From: an uncultured bacterium
GTDB taxonomy: Bacteria; Electryoneota; RPQS01
Length of the DNA stretch: 64,000 nt
Direction: 5' to 3'
Assembly: GCA_963735175.1 (NCBI GenBank)
Contig: CAVTJX010000018.1
Span: 1,061-65,060 of the forward strand
Positions 13,068 through 24,245 of this stretch are shown here, piece by piece. The first letter of the stretch is position 1. The number at the start of each line of letters is the position of its first letter. The translations under genes and the position numbers were made by a program. The notes under the pieces were generated by a model. It ran no database searches. It had not been told where the DNA came from and saw only the letters and a program-made list of their open reading frames with translations.

Positions 13068-14551
13068 TGAGTGAAACGCATACTACGCGCACTCTGCAAA
13101 GCGTCACACCGCTCATTTTTGAAATCAGCCGCCCGGGCCGCGAAGGCTATCGTGTGCCGGCGCTGCCTGAAGCCCTGAAACCCGCGCCGCTGCCCGCCGA
13201 ATTGGCGCGCAAATTGCCGCCGCGCCTCCCCGAGACCGCCGAAAACACCGTGATGCGCCACTACACCAACCTCTCCGTGCGCAATCACCACATCGAGCGC
13301 GATTTTTATCCCCTCGGCTCGTGCACGATGAAGTTCAACCCGCGCGTCAACGAACAGGTCGCGGCCATGCCCGGATTCGCCGCGATTCACCCGCTGCAGC
13401 CTGCCGTCACCTGTCAGGGCGCGCTGCAGGTGGAGTGGGATCTCGCGCAAGCACTCGCCGAAATCAGCGGCATGGATGCCGTCACGCTTCAGCCGTCCGC
13501 TGGCGCGCAGGGTGAACTCACGGCGCTGCTCATGTTCCGCGCTTATCACATCAAGCACCACGGCCAGCCGCGTCACAAGGTCATCATTCCCGACAGCGCC
13601 CACGGCACCAATCCCGCCTCCATCGTCATCGCAGGCTATGAAGTCGTGCAGCTCCCCAGCGGTTCGGACGGCCTGGTGGATGTTGAAGGGTTGAAGAAGG
13701 TGCTCGACACCGATGTCGCTGCGCTGATGATCACCAATCCCAACACGGTTGGCCTGTTCGAATCGAACATCGCTGAAATCACAAAGCTCGTCCACGCGGT
13801 CGGCGGCCTCGTCTACATGGACGGCGCCAACCTGAACGCGCTTATGGGCATCTCCCGTCCCGGTGATATGGGCTTTGACGCCTGCCACATCAATCTGCAC
13901 AAGACCTTCTCCACGCCGCATGGCGGTGGCGGTCCCGGTGCCGGCCCCGTAGCGGTCAAAGCGCATCTCGAACCTTTCCTGCCTTCGCCCGTCATTTTCA
14001 AGAAGGGCGAGACCTTCGGCTGGGACTGGGAACGTCCCGATTCCATCGGTCATGTGCACGCCTTCTTTGGCAACTTCGGCGTGCATGTCCGCGCCCTCAC
14101 CTACATCCTCACTATGGGCGCCGACGGTCTCCGCGAAGTCAGCGAGGTCGCCATTCTCAACGCCAACTACGTGCGCGCCAAACTGCAGGACCTCTACGAA
14201 CTGCCGTACACGCGCACCTGCATGCACGAAGTTGTGTTCTCCGGTGACCGTCAGAAAGCAAAGGGGGCCAAGACCCTCGATATCGCCAAGCGGCTGCTGG
14301 ACTATGGCTTCCATCCGCCGACGGTTTACTTCCCACTCATCGTGCACGAAGCGCTGATGATCGAGCCGACGGAAACCGAAAGCCGCGAAACGCTGGATAC
14401 GTTCATCAGCGCCATGCGGCAGATCGATGCCGAGATCGCCGATAACGCCGCACTTTTGAAAGACGCGCCGCGCACCACGCCGGTACGCCGCCTCGATGAA
14501 GCCCTCGCGGCCCGCAACCTCGACATCCGCTTTTTCAAGCCGCGTGCCTGA
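13067..14551 (+). CDS. gcvPB: Glycine dehydrogenase (decarboxylating) subunit 2
   Basis: 494 aa intact; TGATG overlap with gcvPA; NLHKTFSTPHGGGGPG (PLP-lysine region). Confidence 0.95.
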   Translation: MSETHTTRTLQSVTPLIFEISRPGREGYRVPALPEALKPAPLPAELARKLPPRLPETAENTVMRHYTNLSVRNHHIERDFYPLGSCTMKFNPRVNEQVAAMPGFAAIHPLQPAVTCQGALQVEWDLAQALAEISGMDAVTLQPSAGAQGELTALLMFRAYHIKHHGQPRHKVIIPDSAHGTNPASIVIAGYEVVQLPSGSDGLVDVEGLKKVLDTDVAALMITNPNTVGLFESNIAEITKLVHAVGGLVYMDGANLNALMGISRPGDMGFDACHINLHKTFSTPHGGGGPGAGPVAVKAHLEPFLPSPVIFKKGETFGWDWERPDSIGHVHAFFGNFGVHVRALTYILTMGADGLREVSEVAILNANYVRAKLQDLYELPYTRTCMHEVVFSGDRQKAKGAKTLDIAKRLLDYGFHPPTVYFPLIVHEALMIEPTETESRETLDTFISAMRQIDAEIADNAALLKDAPRTTPVRRLDEALAARNLDIRFFKPRA

Positions 14552-14557
14552 GGCGGA

Positions 14558-17390
14558 TTGTGGCTGATCCCAAACTTGGATCGCCTGCTCTTGAAATCGG
14601 AGAAGTCCTCGTGGCTGACCCCACTGGGGCTCTCCGATTTTGTGGCCATTCACGTAGAAACCACCGGCCTCGACCCTGCCGTCGACGAAATCATCGAACT
14701 TGGCGCTGTCCGCTTCGTCGACGGCCGGCCGGAAGCGGAGTTCCGCTCCTTTATTCACGCCACGCACACACTCGATCCCTTCGTTGCCGATCTCACCGGA
14801 ATTACCGATGCCGACCTTCAAGCCGCGCCCCAATTTTGCGATGTAGCGGCGGAGTTTCTCGAATTCCTTGGCGCATCGCCGCTCGTCAGTCAGAACCTCG
14901 ATTTCGACATGGCGTTTCTACGTGCGGCGGGTGAACCGCTTCTGCCGGACACACTCGAGAATCCCTGGCATTTTCGCGGAACTTATGCCATCGACACGGC
15001 GCTGATCGCCCGCACCTTCTGGCCTGAAAACACCAGCTTCACCCTCGCGGCGCTCGCCGACGCTTTTGGCATTTCGCTGACGGGCCTTCATCGCGCCATC
15101 AGCGATGCCCGCGCCACTGGTGAACTGCTCGTCACATTCGTCAGGCAGCTACCCACGCGAGTCTGGCATGAGTTGACGAACGATCTGCATCGCCTGATCG
15201 ATCCCACATCGCACCGCAGCCGACCGTTCTTTGCACTCTTACGCCGCCTGGCCGCGGACATCAAGAAGCCGGATGCGCCGTCTGCTCCGGATGTCGAAAC
15301 GCCCGTGTCCGTCGCAGCTGCCGATAGATCCATCGAAGCGCTCTTCGGCGGAACACGGACTCTTCGAACAACGGCTACCATTTTTTAAGACACGCCCAAT
15401 GCAGCTTGCCTTCGCCCGCGCGGCGGAGGAAGCGTTTGCGAATAATCAGATCCTGCTTGCCGAAGCGCCCACCGGCGTCGGTAAATCGCTCGCCTACCTC
15501 ACTGCGGCGCTGCGCTGGATTCAGGCCGATCCCGAAGCGATGCGCCAGGTCGTCGTCTCTTCGCACACCAAGGTTTTGCAGGATCAGCTCTGCCGCAAGG
15601 ACATCGCAGAATTGCGTCAGGCCGTCGGTGGCGATTTCCGCGCCGCAGTACTCAAGGGCCGAGCCAATTATCTTTGCAAACGTCGGCTGCGGCTCTTGCT
15701 GCGCGAAGCCGGCGACCGCCTCTCGGAAACTGACCGTCTGCACCTGCTGCCCCTCATGCGTTGGTCAGAACTCACGGCCACCGGCGACCTGGCGGAAATC
15801 CCCGCCTTTGACGCGCGCCGTCTGCCGTTTCTCTGGTCGCAAATCGCTTCCGACTCGCAAGCCTGCGCCGGTGGCGGTTGTACGGCCGCCAAGGGCGACT
15901 TCTACCGCCTCGCGCAGGAGCGCGCCGCCCGCGCGCACATCATCTTCGTCAACCACGCGCTGCTGCTGGCTGACCTCGCGCGCTTCGCCGCCGGTCCCGC
16001 GCGCAAACTGATACTCGACGAAGCGCATCAGATCGAGCGCGCTATGGTCGGCGCCATGACCGTTGAAATTTCCGCGCCACTCCTGCGTACGATTCTGAGC
16101 CGACTCGTTGATGAGCGCGGCACGCGTGGCCTGCTCCCCACCGTCGTGAAGCGTATTTCGCGCGGCTCACCCGGAGCAGAACTCGGGCGCGGCCGAGATC
16201 TGATCTCGCAAGTGCGCAGCCTGCACGCGAGTGTCCGTCAGTATTTTTCCGCACTCGCCGATAATCTGCAAAGCATGCTCGATTCCGAGGAGCGTTCGAG
16301 TAAGCTGCGTTTTCGTCCCGGCCAGCGCCTCTACGCGCAAATCGGTGGTACGCTCGGCCCGCTGCTCCTGCAATGGAATGAACTGGCGTCGGCCCTGCGC
16401 CGCTTCCAGCACGACTTAACCGACTTGCGCGGCGACGCCAAACTCTCCGCTGACCTGCTTGTCGAATTGAGGAGTGCCGTTGATGCCCTCGAACAGTCCG
16501 GCGAGCAGTTTTACCGGCTTCTGCGCGAGACGGAGGCCAACACCGTTACGTGGATCGAATTCGGACGCACGGCGCGCACCGGCTGGTGTGCGCTCTACGC
16601 CGCGCCGATCTCGGTCGGCGCGATCATGGACAAGGCTTTCTGGCCGGTCATCGAGAGCGCGATCCTGACCTCAGCCACGCTGACCGTCGGCAGCCGCTTC
16701 GAGGTCCTACGCAATACCCTCGGCCTTGAATCGCAGCCGGAGGATCGCCTCCGCGAACTTGTACTCGACAGCCCGTTCTGCTTGGACCGCCAGATGCGCT
16801 CCTTCGTGCCCGTCTTCCTGCCCGAACCCCGTCAGGGAGGAGCGGCCTACGCGGAGATCCTGACGGCCATGATCACCCGCGTGATCGAGCGCTTTTCGCG
16901 AGGCACGTTGGTTCTATGCACATCGAATGAACTCGTAGATCGTCTGACGACCGCCCTCGGTCCCGTTGCCCGCCGCGCCGGACGCCGTCTGCTCAGCCAG
17001 GGCACCAGTGCGTCGCTCGGCGAATTGGTGGCCGAGTTCCGCCGTCATGGCAACGCGATTCTGGTCGGCGCGGCCAGTTTCTGGGAAGGCATCGACGTTG
17101 TCGGCGACGCGCTGCAAATTCTCGTCGTCACACGCATCCCCTTCGATGTCCCCACCGAACCTTGGGTTGCGGCGCGCACCGAAGCCATGCAGGATACGGG
17201 CCGTGATCCGTTTCTCGAATACAGCCTGCCCGTCGCCGCCTTGCGGCTAAAGCAGGGCGTTGGACGGCTCATCCGCCACCACAACGATCGCGGTGTCGCC
17301 ATTCTCGCCGATCCGCGGCTTTTCAAAACCCGCTATGGCCGCCTGATTCGCGAGAGTCTGCCTTCCGAGGCGAGACCCGTTTACAGCTGA
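14558..17390 (+). CDS. dinG: DinG-family ATP-dependent helicase with N-terminal DnaQ-like 3'-5' exonuclease domain; frame break near 15350
   Basis: The N-terminus has FVAIHVETTGLDP and HRAISDARATGEL (ExoI/ExoIII-like). The helicase part has AEAPTGVGKSLAYL, LILDEAHQ, Cys-rich CAGGGC and the C-terminal QGVGRLIRH. The TTG start is uncertain. Confidence 0.85.
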
Positions 17391-17399
17391 AGACGAACT

Positions 17400-17423
17400 G
17401 TTCCGCGAAACGGAACGATTTTT
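17400..17423 (+). terminator. Rho-independent terminator after dinG
   Basis: GTTCCG-cgaaa-CGGAAC followed by GATTTTT, 10 nt after the stop. Confidence 0.6.
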
Positions 17424-17439
17424 CGGGAACCACCGTTTC

Positions 17440-17849
17440 ATGATAAAAGGCCTGGATCATATCGGGATCGCTGTGACCGATCTCGACACCGCTATTCCAC
17501 TATGGCTGAACCTCACCGGTGGCGCCCTCACGCATCGTGAAATCGTTGCCAGTCAGAGTGTCGAGGTTGCCGTCATCACCGTCGGCGCGTTACACATCGA
17601 GTTGTTGCAGCCTACGTCGAATTCGTCACCCATCGCGAAATTCATCGCCAAACGCGGCGCGGGTCATTCATCACATCGCCCTTGAGGCCGCGCCCGCCCA
17701 GGCTGAAGCTCGACCGTTTGAAAGCCGACGGCTTTCAATTGATTGACGAACATCCGCGCCCCGGCGCCGAGCGCACAAAAGTCGGTTTCCTGCACCCGCG
17801 CTCCACGGGCGGCGTCCTTCTGGAATTGGTAGAGCATCCCGATCGTTGA
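17440..17849 (+). CDS. Methylmalonyl-CoA epimerase / VOC (glyoxalase-fold) protein; two frame breaks (~17665, ~17708)
   Basis: MIKGLDHIGIAVTDLDTAI...LLQP, then IHHIALEA, then LDRLKADGFQLIDEHPRPGAERTKVGFLHPRSTGGVLLELVE, in three successive +1 frames. Confidence 0.75.
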
Positions 17850-17863
17850 ATGGCGGAATCCCG

Positions 17864-19743
17864 ATGCCCGATCTTGAGAGTAAACTGCAGGCATTGCCGA
17901 AATCGCCCGGCGTCTACCTGTTCAAGGACGCCGAAGGCAAGGTAATCTACATCGGCAAAGCCCGCGTGCTCCGTAACCGCGTCCGCCAGTATTTTCAGCA
18001 GGGCCACGACGGCCGGTACCAGTACACGCATCTTGTCAGCCGCATTGCTGATCTCGAGGTCATCACCACTGACACCGAACTCGAAGCGCTGATCCTCGAG
18101 AACACCCTCGTTCGCGATCAGAAACCGCGTTACAATATCGATCTGCGCGACGACAAGTCGTTTCCCTATTTGCGCATCACCGCCGAGCCTTTTCCCCGCG
18201 TCTTCCTCACGCGTCACCCCGTGCTCGACGGTTCGAAATATTTCGGTCCTTTCAGTGATGTGCAGCATCTTAAGGGCTTGATCCGCGTGCTGCGCAGCAT
18301 GCTCAAGATCCGCACCTGCAACCTGCCGCTCACCGAAGGGGGTATCGCGCAGGGCAAGTTCAAAGCCTGCCTCGAACTGCACATCGGCCGTTGCAACGCC
18401 CCTTGCATCGCCAACGAATCGCGCGTGGAATACTTGCAGCGTATTCGGGATTTTGTAGATGTCGCCGGTGGCAAAGGCGCGCCCGTGGTCGAACGTCTCG
18501 AAGCGGAAATGCGACGCCTCGCCGAAGAATTGAAATTCGAGCAGGCCGCGCAACTCCGCGACTGGCTCTCGGCGCTGGAAAACCTGACGCAGAAGCAGAA
18601 GGTCATCACTCCCGAACCGATCAATCGCGACATCATCGGCTTGATCGTCGAGGACGACCGCGGCATCTTCGTCGTCATGCAGGTTCGCGCCGGGCGCATG
18701 ATCGGCCGCCTGCATTACCGCTTGAAGAAGCTCCGCGAGGAACCGCTCGATCTGGTCTTGGAAAGCGCCCTCGAGCGCTACTATTCCGACCCGGTCTCGA
18801 TGCCCGAGGAAATCCTGCTCCCGCTGCCGCTCCCCGAAACCGATCTCGCTCGCCGCGTGGTTGCGTGACCGCGCCGGCCACCGCGTCGAGATTGTCGTTC
18901 CCGCGCGGGGCGAAAAAGTGCGTCTGGCAGAACTTGCTCAGCGCAACGCCGAACAATTGCTGGCCGAGTGGAAACTCGCCCGCGAGTCCCGCGAACGCGT
19001 CCCGGCCGCGCTCACCGCCTTGCAGAGAGCTGCTGCGCTTGCCCCGCCCGCCCGAAATCATCGTGGCCTTTGACATTTCCACATTGCAGGGTACCGACAA
19101 AGTCGCGTCAATGGTCGTCTTCCGCAATGGCCATGCGACACGTTCGGAATACAAACGCTTCAAGATTCGCGGCGTCGAAGGCCAGGACGATTTCGCCTCA
19201 ATGAAGGAGGTCGTCGGCCGCCGCTTCACCCGCATCAAGGACGAGCAGCTCGAACCGCCCGACCTCGTGCTGGTCGATGGCGGCAAAGGCCAGCTCGCCG
19301 CCGCTGGTGAAGCGCTCGTCGCGCTGCGTTTGGAAGACCAGCCGCGTATCGGTCTCGCCAAGCGGCTCGAAGAGATCTTCGTTCCCGGCGATTCCGAACC
19401 GCTCTACCTGGCCAAGACGTCCTCGGCGCTCAAACTGCTCCAGCAAGTGCGCGACGAAGCACACCACTTCGCGATCTCCTATCATCGTCAACTGCGTACC
19501 CGTCGCTCGTTGCATTCGACGCTCGACGATATCAACGGCGTCGGTCCCGCGCGCCGCAAGGCGCTTCTCAATCATTTTGGCACGCTTAAGGCCCTGCGCG
19601 AAGCCTCGCTCGAACAGATCGAGACCGTTCCCGGCGTCTCCCGCGCTATCGCCGAAAGCGTCCATGCGTTTCTGCACCCCGACGAATCCCCGAACCCACC
19701 AACCCCGTCCAATGGCCCACTCCTACCCGAAAGTAACTCCTGA
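17864..19743 (+). CDS. uvrC: Excinuclease ABC subunit C; two frame breaks (~18855, ~19030)
   Basis: GIY-YIG N-terminus (PGVYLFKDAEGKVIYIGKA), a UVR domain (FEQAAQLRD), the RNase-H-like region IIVAFDISTLQG and a C-terminal HhH (INGVGPARRKALL). Confidence 0.95.
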
Positions 19744-21953
19744 ACTCGTGTTGCAGCATGGTCTGACCGTCGAGGAGTTCGAGCAGATCCAGCAGGTCCT
19801 TGGCCGTGTTCCCACCTACGTGGAACTTGGTCTCTATTCCGTCATGTGGTCCGAACACTGCTCCTACAAGAACTCGATTCTCGAGATCAAACGCCTGCCG
19901 AAAAAGAGTCAGCCGCACCCTCGTCGAAGCGGGCGAGGAAAACGCCGGCGTGCTCGACATCGGCGACAACCTTGCCGTCTGCTTCAAAATCGAGAGCCAC
20001 AATCACCCCTCGGCCATCGAACCTTACCAGGGCGCGGCCACCGGTGTTGGCGGCATTCTGCGTGATATCTTCACCATGGGCGCGCGTCCCATCGCCGCGC
20101 TCAATTCGCTGCGTTTCGGCCCGCTCACCGTGCCGCGCAACCGCGAACTTCTGCGCGGAGTCGTCCGCGGCATTGCCGATTATGGCAATTGCTTCGGTGT
20201 GCCCACCGTCGGCGGCGAGATCTATTTCGATTCGTCCTACGACGAGAATCCCCTTATCAATGCCATGGCCGTCGGTATTCTCGACCGCCGCAAAATGGCC
20301 CGCGCCGTCGCTTCCGGCGAAGGTAACACCGTCCTTGTCGTAGGCTCCGCCACGGGCCGCGACGGCATCCACGGCGCCACCTTCGCCTCCGAGGATCTGT
20401 CCGAAGAATCCGCCTCCAAGCGTCCCTCGGTGCAAATCGGCGACCCCTTCAAAGAAAAGCTACTGCTCGAAGCCACGCTTGAATTGATCGAGTCCGGCGT
20501 CCTCGTCGGCATCCAGGATATGGGCGCGGCGGGCATCGCTTGCTCCTGCACCGAAACCGCTGCCCGCGGCAATAGCGGCATCGTCTTCGATGTCAACAAA
20601 GTCTTCGCGCCGCGAGGAGGGCATGACTGCCTACGAAGTCTGCCTCTCCGAATCGCAGGAACGCATGCTCGCCGTCATCCGCAAGGGCGGGGAAGAGGTC
20701 GCCCTCAAGATCTTCGACAAATGGGACCTCCACGCCGACCGTACGGGTGAGGTCACCGCCGGCGGTCGCTATGTCGTCTATGAAGAAGGTGAAATCGTCG
20801 CGGATGTTCCCGCCGAGCATCTTGTCCTCGGCGGCGGTGCGCCGCAGATTCGCCGCCCCTTCGCGCGCCCTGAGCATCTCGATTATACCGCTGCTTACGA
20901 CGTCGCCGCCATCCCCGACCCCGCCGATTATACCGACGTCCTCGAACGCCTGCTCGCCTCGCCCAACATCGCCAGCAAGCGCTGGATCTATGAGCAGTAC
21001 GATCACACCATCGGCACCAACACCCGCATTGGCGGGGGACGCTCCGATGCCGCTGTTGTCCGTGTTCCCGGCACGGCCAAGGGACTTGCCATGAGCGTCG
21101 ACTGCAACAGCCGCTATGTGTCGCTGGATCCCTATCGCGGCGCGGCGCTCGCTGTGCTCGAGGGCGCGCGCAACGTCGCCTGCACCGGCGCGCGGCCCAT
21201 CGGCATCACCAATTGCCTGAACTTCGGCAATCCCATGAATCCCGAAACCTACTACTTCTTCCACGAAGCGGTTTCCGGAATCGCCGATGCCTGCACAGGC
21301 ACTGGACATCCCTGTTACCGGCGGTAATGTTTCATTTTACAACGAAACGCGCGGCAAACCCGTGCTGCCCACACCCGTCATCGGCATGGTCGGCTTGCTG
21401 ACCGACGTCGAAAAAGCGGTCACCGTCGGCTTCAAGGCCGAAGGTGACTTTATCGCCCTTTTGGGCTGGCCCGGTCCCGATCTTGGTGCCAGCGAATACC
21501 TGAGCGTCATGCACGACATCGCGGCCGGTATGCCGCCGCGCCTCGATTTTGAACACGAAAGAACCCTTGTCGAACTCCTTGCGGATTTGGCTGATCATCG
21601 TCTTGCTGCGCTCCGCCCATGACATTTCCGACGGAGGCCTGGCGGTGACTCTCGCTGAAAAGTGTATTGCCGGCAGCCTCGGTTGCGTCCTGACGTTTCC
21701 CTGGGAGGGCCGGGAGGTTGAAACCCTGTTCGCGGAATCTGCAGCTTGTGCCGTTGTTTCGGTGTCTCATGGTAACTGGGCAGCTTTTCGTCGTCTGGCG
21801 GATGGGCAGAAAGTGCCGGTTCAGATCCTTGGCCGCGTGGGAGGCGACCAACTATTGATCAACGACTGGATCGCGATTAGCGTCCGTCGCTTAGAAGAGA
21901 TCTATGAAACTGCCATCCCCGAACTCATGGGCGAGACACCCGTCGAACGGTGA
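19712..21953 (+). CDS. purL: Phosphoribosylformylglycinamidine synthase subunit PurL; four frame breaks (~19905, ~20605, ~21295, ~21600)
   Basis: [57 protein letters not shown] and DISDGGLAV spread over five successive +1 frames. The start overlaps the uvrC 3' end. Confidence 0.95.
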
Positions 21954-21999
21954 GCTTTCGCGGTCTGTTGGATTTCGCGACTGGAAAAGTGGCAAGAGT

Positions 22000-22029
22000 A
22001 GAAAAGAGCGTCGCGTGACGCTCTTTTCT
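22000..22029. terminator. Bidirectional intrinsic terminator between convergent purL and rsgA
   Basis: AGAAAAGAGCGTC-gcgt-GACGCTCTTTTCT: a perfect 13-bp palindromic stem whose A-run and T-run give a U-tail on either strand. Confidence 0.7.
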
Positions 22030-22040
22030 GCTGTATCATG

Positions 22041-23115
22041 TCATCGGCCTTCTTTTCGCCGCCGGATCAGTTCTCCTTCATGGTGCAGATTTTTCCACTC
22101 GCGCTTCGCTTTGCGCCTCAGGTATATATCGTGGCGGAGTGCAAAGGCGTGAGCTTCCCGCTCCAACTTCTGATAATGCTCGAATCGTTCGGCCGATAGC
22201 TTGCCGGCGACTTACCGCCGCTTCTATTGCGCATCCCGGTTCACCGCTGTGACGGCAGTCCCGGTACCGGCAGTTCTGCGCAAGTTCCTCAATGTCGGGA
22301 AAGGTGGCGCCGATGCCCTCATCATCGATGAGTTGCAACTCCCTCATTCCCGGCGTATCCAGCAACAGCCCACCCTCAGGCAGTAGAACGAGCTGACGCC
22401 GGGTGGTTGTATGACGGCCACGACCGTCTTTGGTCCGCAACTCGCCGATCGCCATTCTCACTTCGCCCACGAGCGCGTTGATGAGCGTTGATTTCCCCGT
22501 GCCTGACGAGCCGACAAAGGCCGCGGTGAGTCCCGGTTGAATCCGCGCCCGGATGGCGTCGATGCTATCGGAGTGAATCACGCTCGTTGCATACACGGGT
22601 ACTCCCGGACTCCGTGCGGTCACTTCAGCGACTTGCTCGGCCGTAGTCTCGCAGATATCGGCCTTGCTCAGAATTATCGCCGGCTGCGCCCCACTGGCCC
22701 AGATTCGGGTCAGGTATCGCTCGATGCGGCGAACATTGTAGTCCGCATCCAGTCCGCAAACGACAAACACCAGGTCTACGTTCGCGGCCACCACCTGGCC
22801 GCGGGCCTCTTGCCCTGCGCCACCGCGCAGAAACACCGTCTGACGCTCGAACACACGTTCGATGAATACGGTTCGATTCGGCTCAGGCGCGGACTTCAGC
22901 GCGACCCAATCGCCGGCTCGCGGCAACTTCGCTTCGTTCAACTCCTGATGGAGACGGCCGGTCAGCTTCGCCAAGCCAGCCCCATGGATAGACCAGACTT
23001 CGTAACCTCCGCGATGCTCTATCGCGATCCGCGCGGGGATTAGATAATCATCAGGCCATTCGTTCAATTGGGCTTCAAAGAACGGATTGAAGCCCAATGC
23101 CGACAATTCAAACAT
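22041..23115 (-). CDS. rsgA: Ribosome small-subunit-dependent GTPase A (RsgA/YjeQ); frame break near 22210
   Basis: VGSSGTGKSTLINAL, DTPGMRE and the CRHSGEPGCAI zinc knuckle. The C-terminal tail AGKLSAERFEHYQKLERE... is recovered after removing one base, and the stop then falls at 22041. Confidence 0.9.
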
Positions 23116-23545
23116 GATGCTATTCTCATTTTTGCGTACAACAACTCGTGCGCTTGGACCATCGATATCCGGCGCCGGATTATTTACACGCGGGTGGAAT
23201 CGTTTGCTTCGACAGTTCGGAAAAAAGGGCTACGTCACCAGTCAGCTGATTGTGGGTGACGATCCCTCAGCAATCACTCCGCTTCGTGAGCAATATCCAC
23301 AGTGAGAATAACGTGAAACATAAGGCCTCTGTTGACTCAATCTGTTTCTACTGGAGTTTATGGATTTTCCTCAACATTGTCAAGCGACACCCGAAAGCTG
23401 AGCCCGATCTGCTGGCGTATATCTGGTCGATTTCTGTCTATGTTACATGTATTCAATTGATTTGGATATCACGGACGTGTTCCGTATCGGAACCGTGTGG
23501 GGTGCGTTTTCTTCTTGCGGAAGTCATCATGGATTCGTAGATTAG

Positions 23546-23758
23546 CTAATTGTTACGGCTTTCCGGGTACTCCAGCAATTCGGTAACCCGAACTTGATGG
23601 ACGACCGCTGGCCTCTTCAGGATTTTGCTGGATATCGGTGCAAAGGAGTCTTCGGCACCGACTCTAAGCCGCCAGACTTTGGAAATGTGAAGGGGAAGGC
23701 GAGACGCTTTGGGTATCGTTGAGATGCGGCGAATCTCCTCTATCGTAATATAATTCAA
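23546..23758 (-). CDS. Small ORF with weak excisionase/HTH_17-like pattern (speculative)
   Basis: 70 aa with a TTG start. ITIEEIRRI...VWRL...FAPISSKILKRPAVVHQVRVTELLE loosely resembles AlpA/Xis-type HTH proteins. It lies in a low-GC spacer beside a tRNA gene. Confidence 0.25.
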   Translation of the reverse strand: MNYITIEEIRRISTIPKASRLPLHISKVWRLRVGAEDSFAPISSKILKRPAVVHQVRVTELLEYPESRNN

Positions 23759-23771
23759 GCCGATACAATCT

Positions 23772-23844
23772 GCCCCCGTAGCTCAGATGGATAGAGCGCT
23801 AGCCTCCGGAGCTAGATGCACAGGTTCGAGTCCTGTCGGGGGTA
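23772..23844 (+). tRNA. tRNA-Arg (anticodon CCG)
   Basis: Hand-folded cloverleaf: acceptor GCCCCCG/CGGGGGT, D arm GCTC...GAGC, anticodon stem CTAGC/GCTAG with loop CTCCGGA, T arm ACAGG-TTCGAGT-CCTGT. 73 nt, CCA not encoded. A TATAAT lies at 23749-23754. Confidence 0.9.
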
Positions 23845-23867
23845 CAACCTAATCAAATCCGGATTTT

Positions 23868-24245
23868 ATGACCGAGCCCAGTTCTCCACTGCCACCGCAG
23901 TTACCCTTCGAGGTTTCCGAGGACGATAAACTGCAGGCCGTGCTGGCATACGTGCCCCTGCTTCTGTCTGATCCCGTTTCTCAAGCCGGATCGGTCCGAG
24001 TTTGTGTCTGGCCATGTCCGGCTCGGCATGACGCTGTTCGTCATCGAAATTTTCGCCCTTATCCTGCGCTATTTGCGTGTGGTCTGGGACGTCGTGATCC
24101 TGCTCTGCGTCGTCGCCGCATTGGCGGGGATCATCAACTGCGTGCGAGGCCGCAGCTTCTGGCTGCCCTATCTATCAGATCTTCTTCTCCCGCCGCTCCT
24201 GAAGGCATGTGCTGTCAACTCTACTTTTCGCGAAAGGATCTCTGA
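23868..24245 (+). CDS. Small integral membrane protein (DUF4870-like); frame break near 23955; 3' end uncertain
   Basis: SEDDKLQAVLAYVP in ORF 23868.. continues as LLCLIPFLKPDRSEFVSGHVRLGMTLFVIEIFALIL in the frame of ORF 24004... Confidence 0.5.
   Translation: MTEPSSPLPPQLPFEVSEDDKLQAVLAYVPLLLSDPVSQAGSVRVCVWPCPARHDAVRHRNFRPYPALFACGLGRRDPALRRRRIGGDHQLRARPQLLAALSIRSSSPAAPEGMCCQLYFSRKDL

Noticed and set aside
11703-14833. Very long minus-strand ORFs (11703..13064, 453 aa; 13025..14833, 602 aa). Similar ones occur at 27853..29289, 43324..44364 and 51994..53937.
   Set aside because: They lie exactly antisense to well-supported genes (gcvPA/PB, yifB/acyl ligase, nfeD, flippase). Their composition is Arg/Gly/Ala-rich and low-complexity, with no motifs. 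These are typical shadow ORFs of GC-rich DNA.
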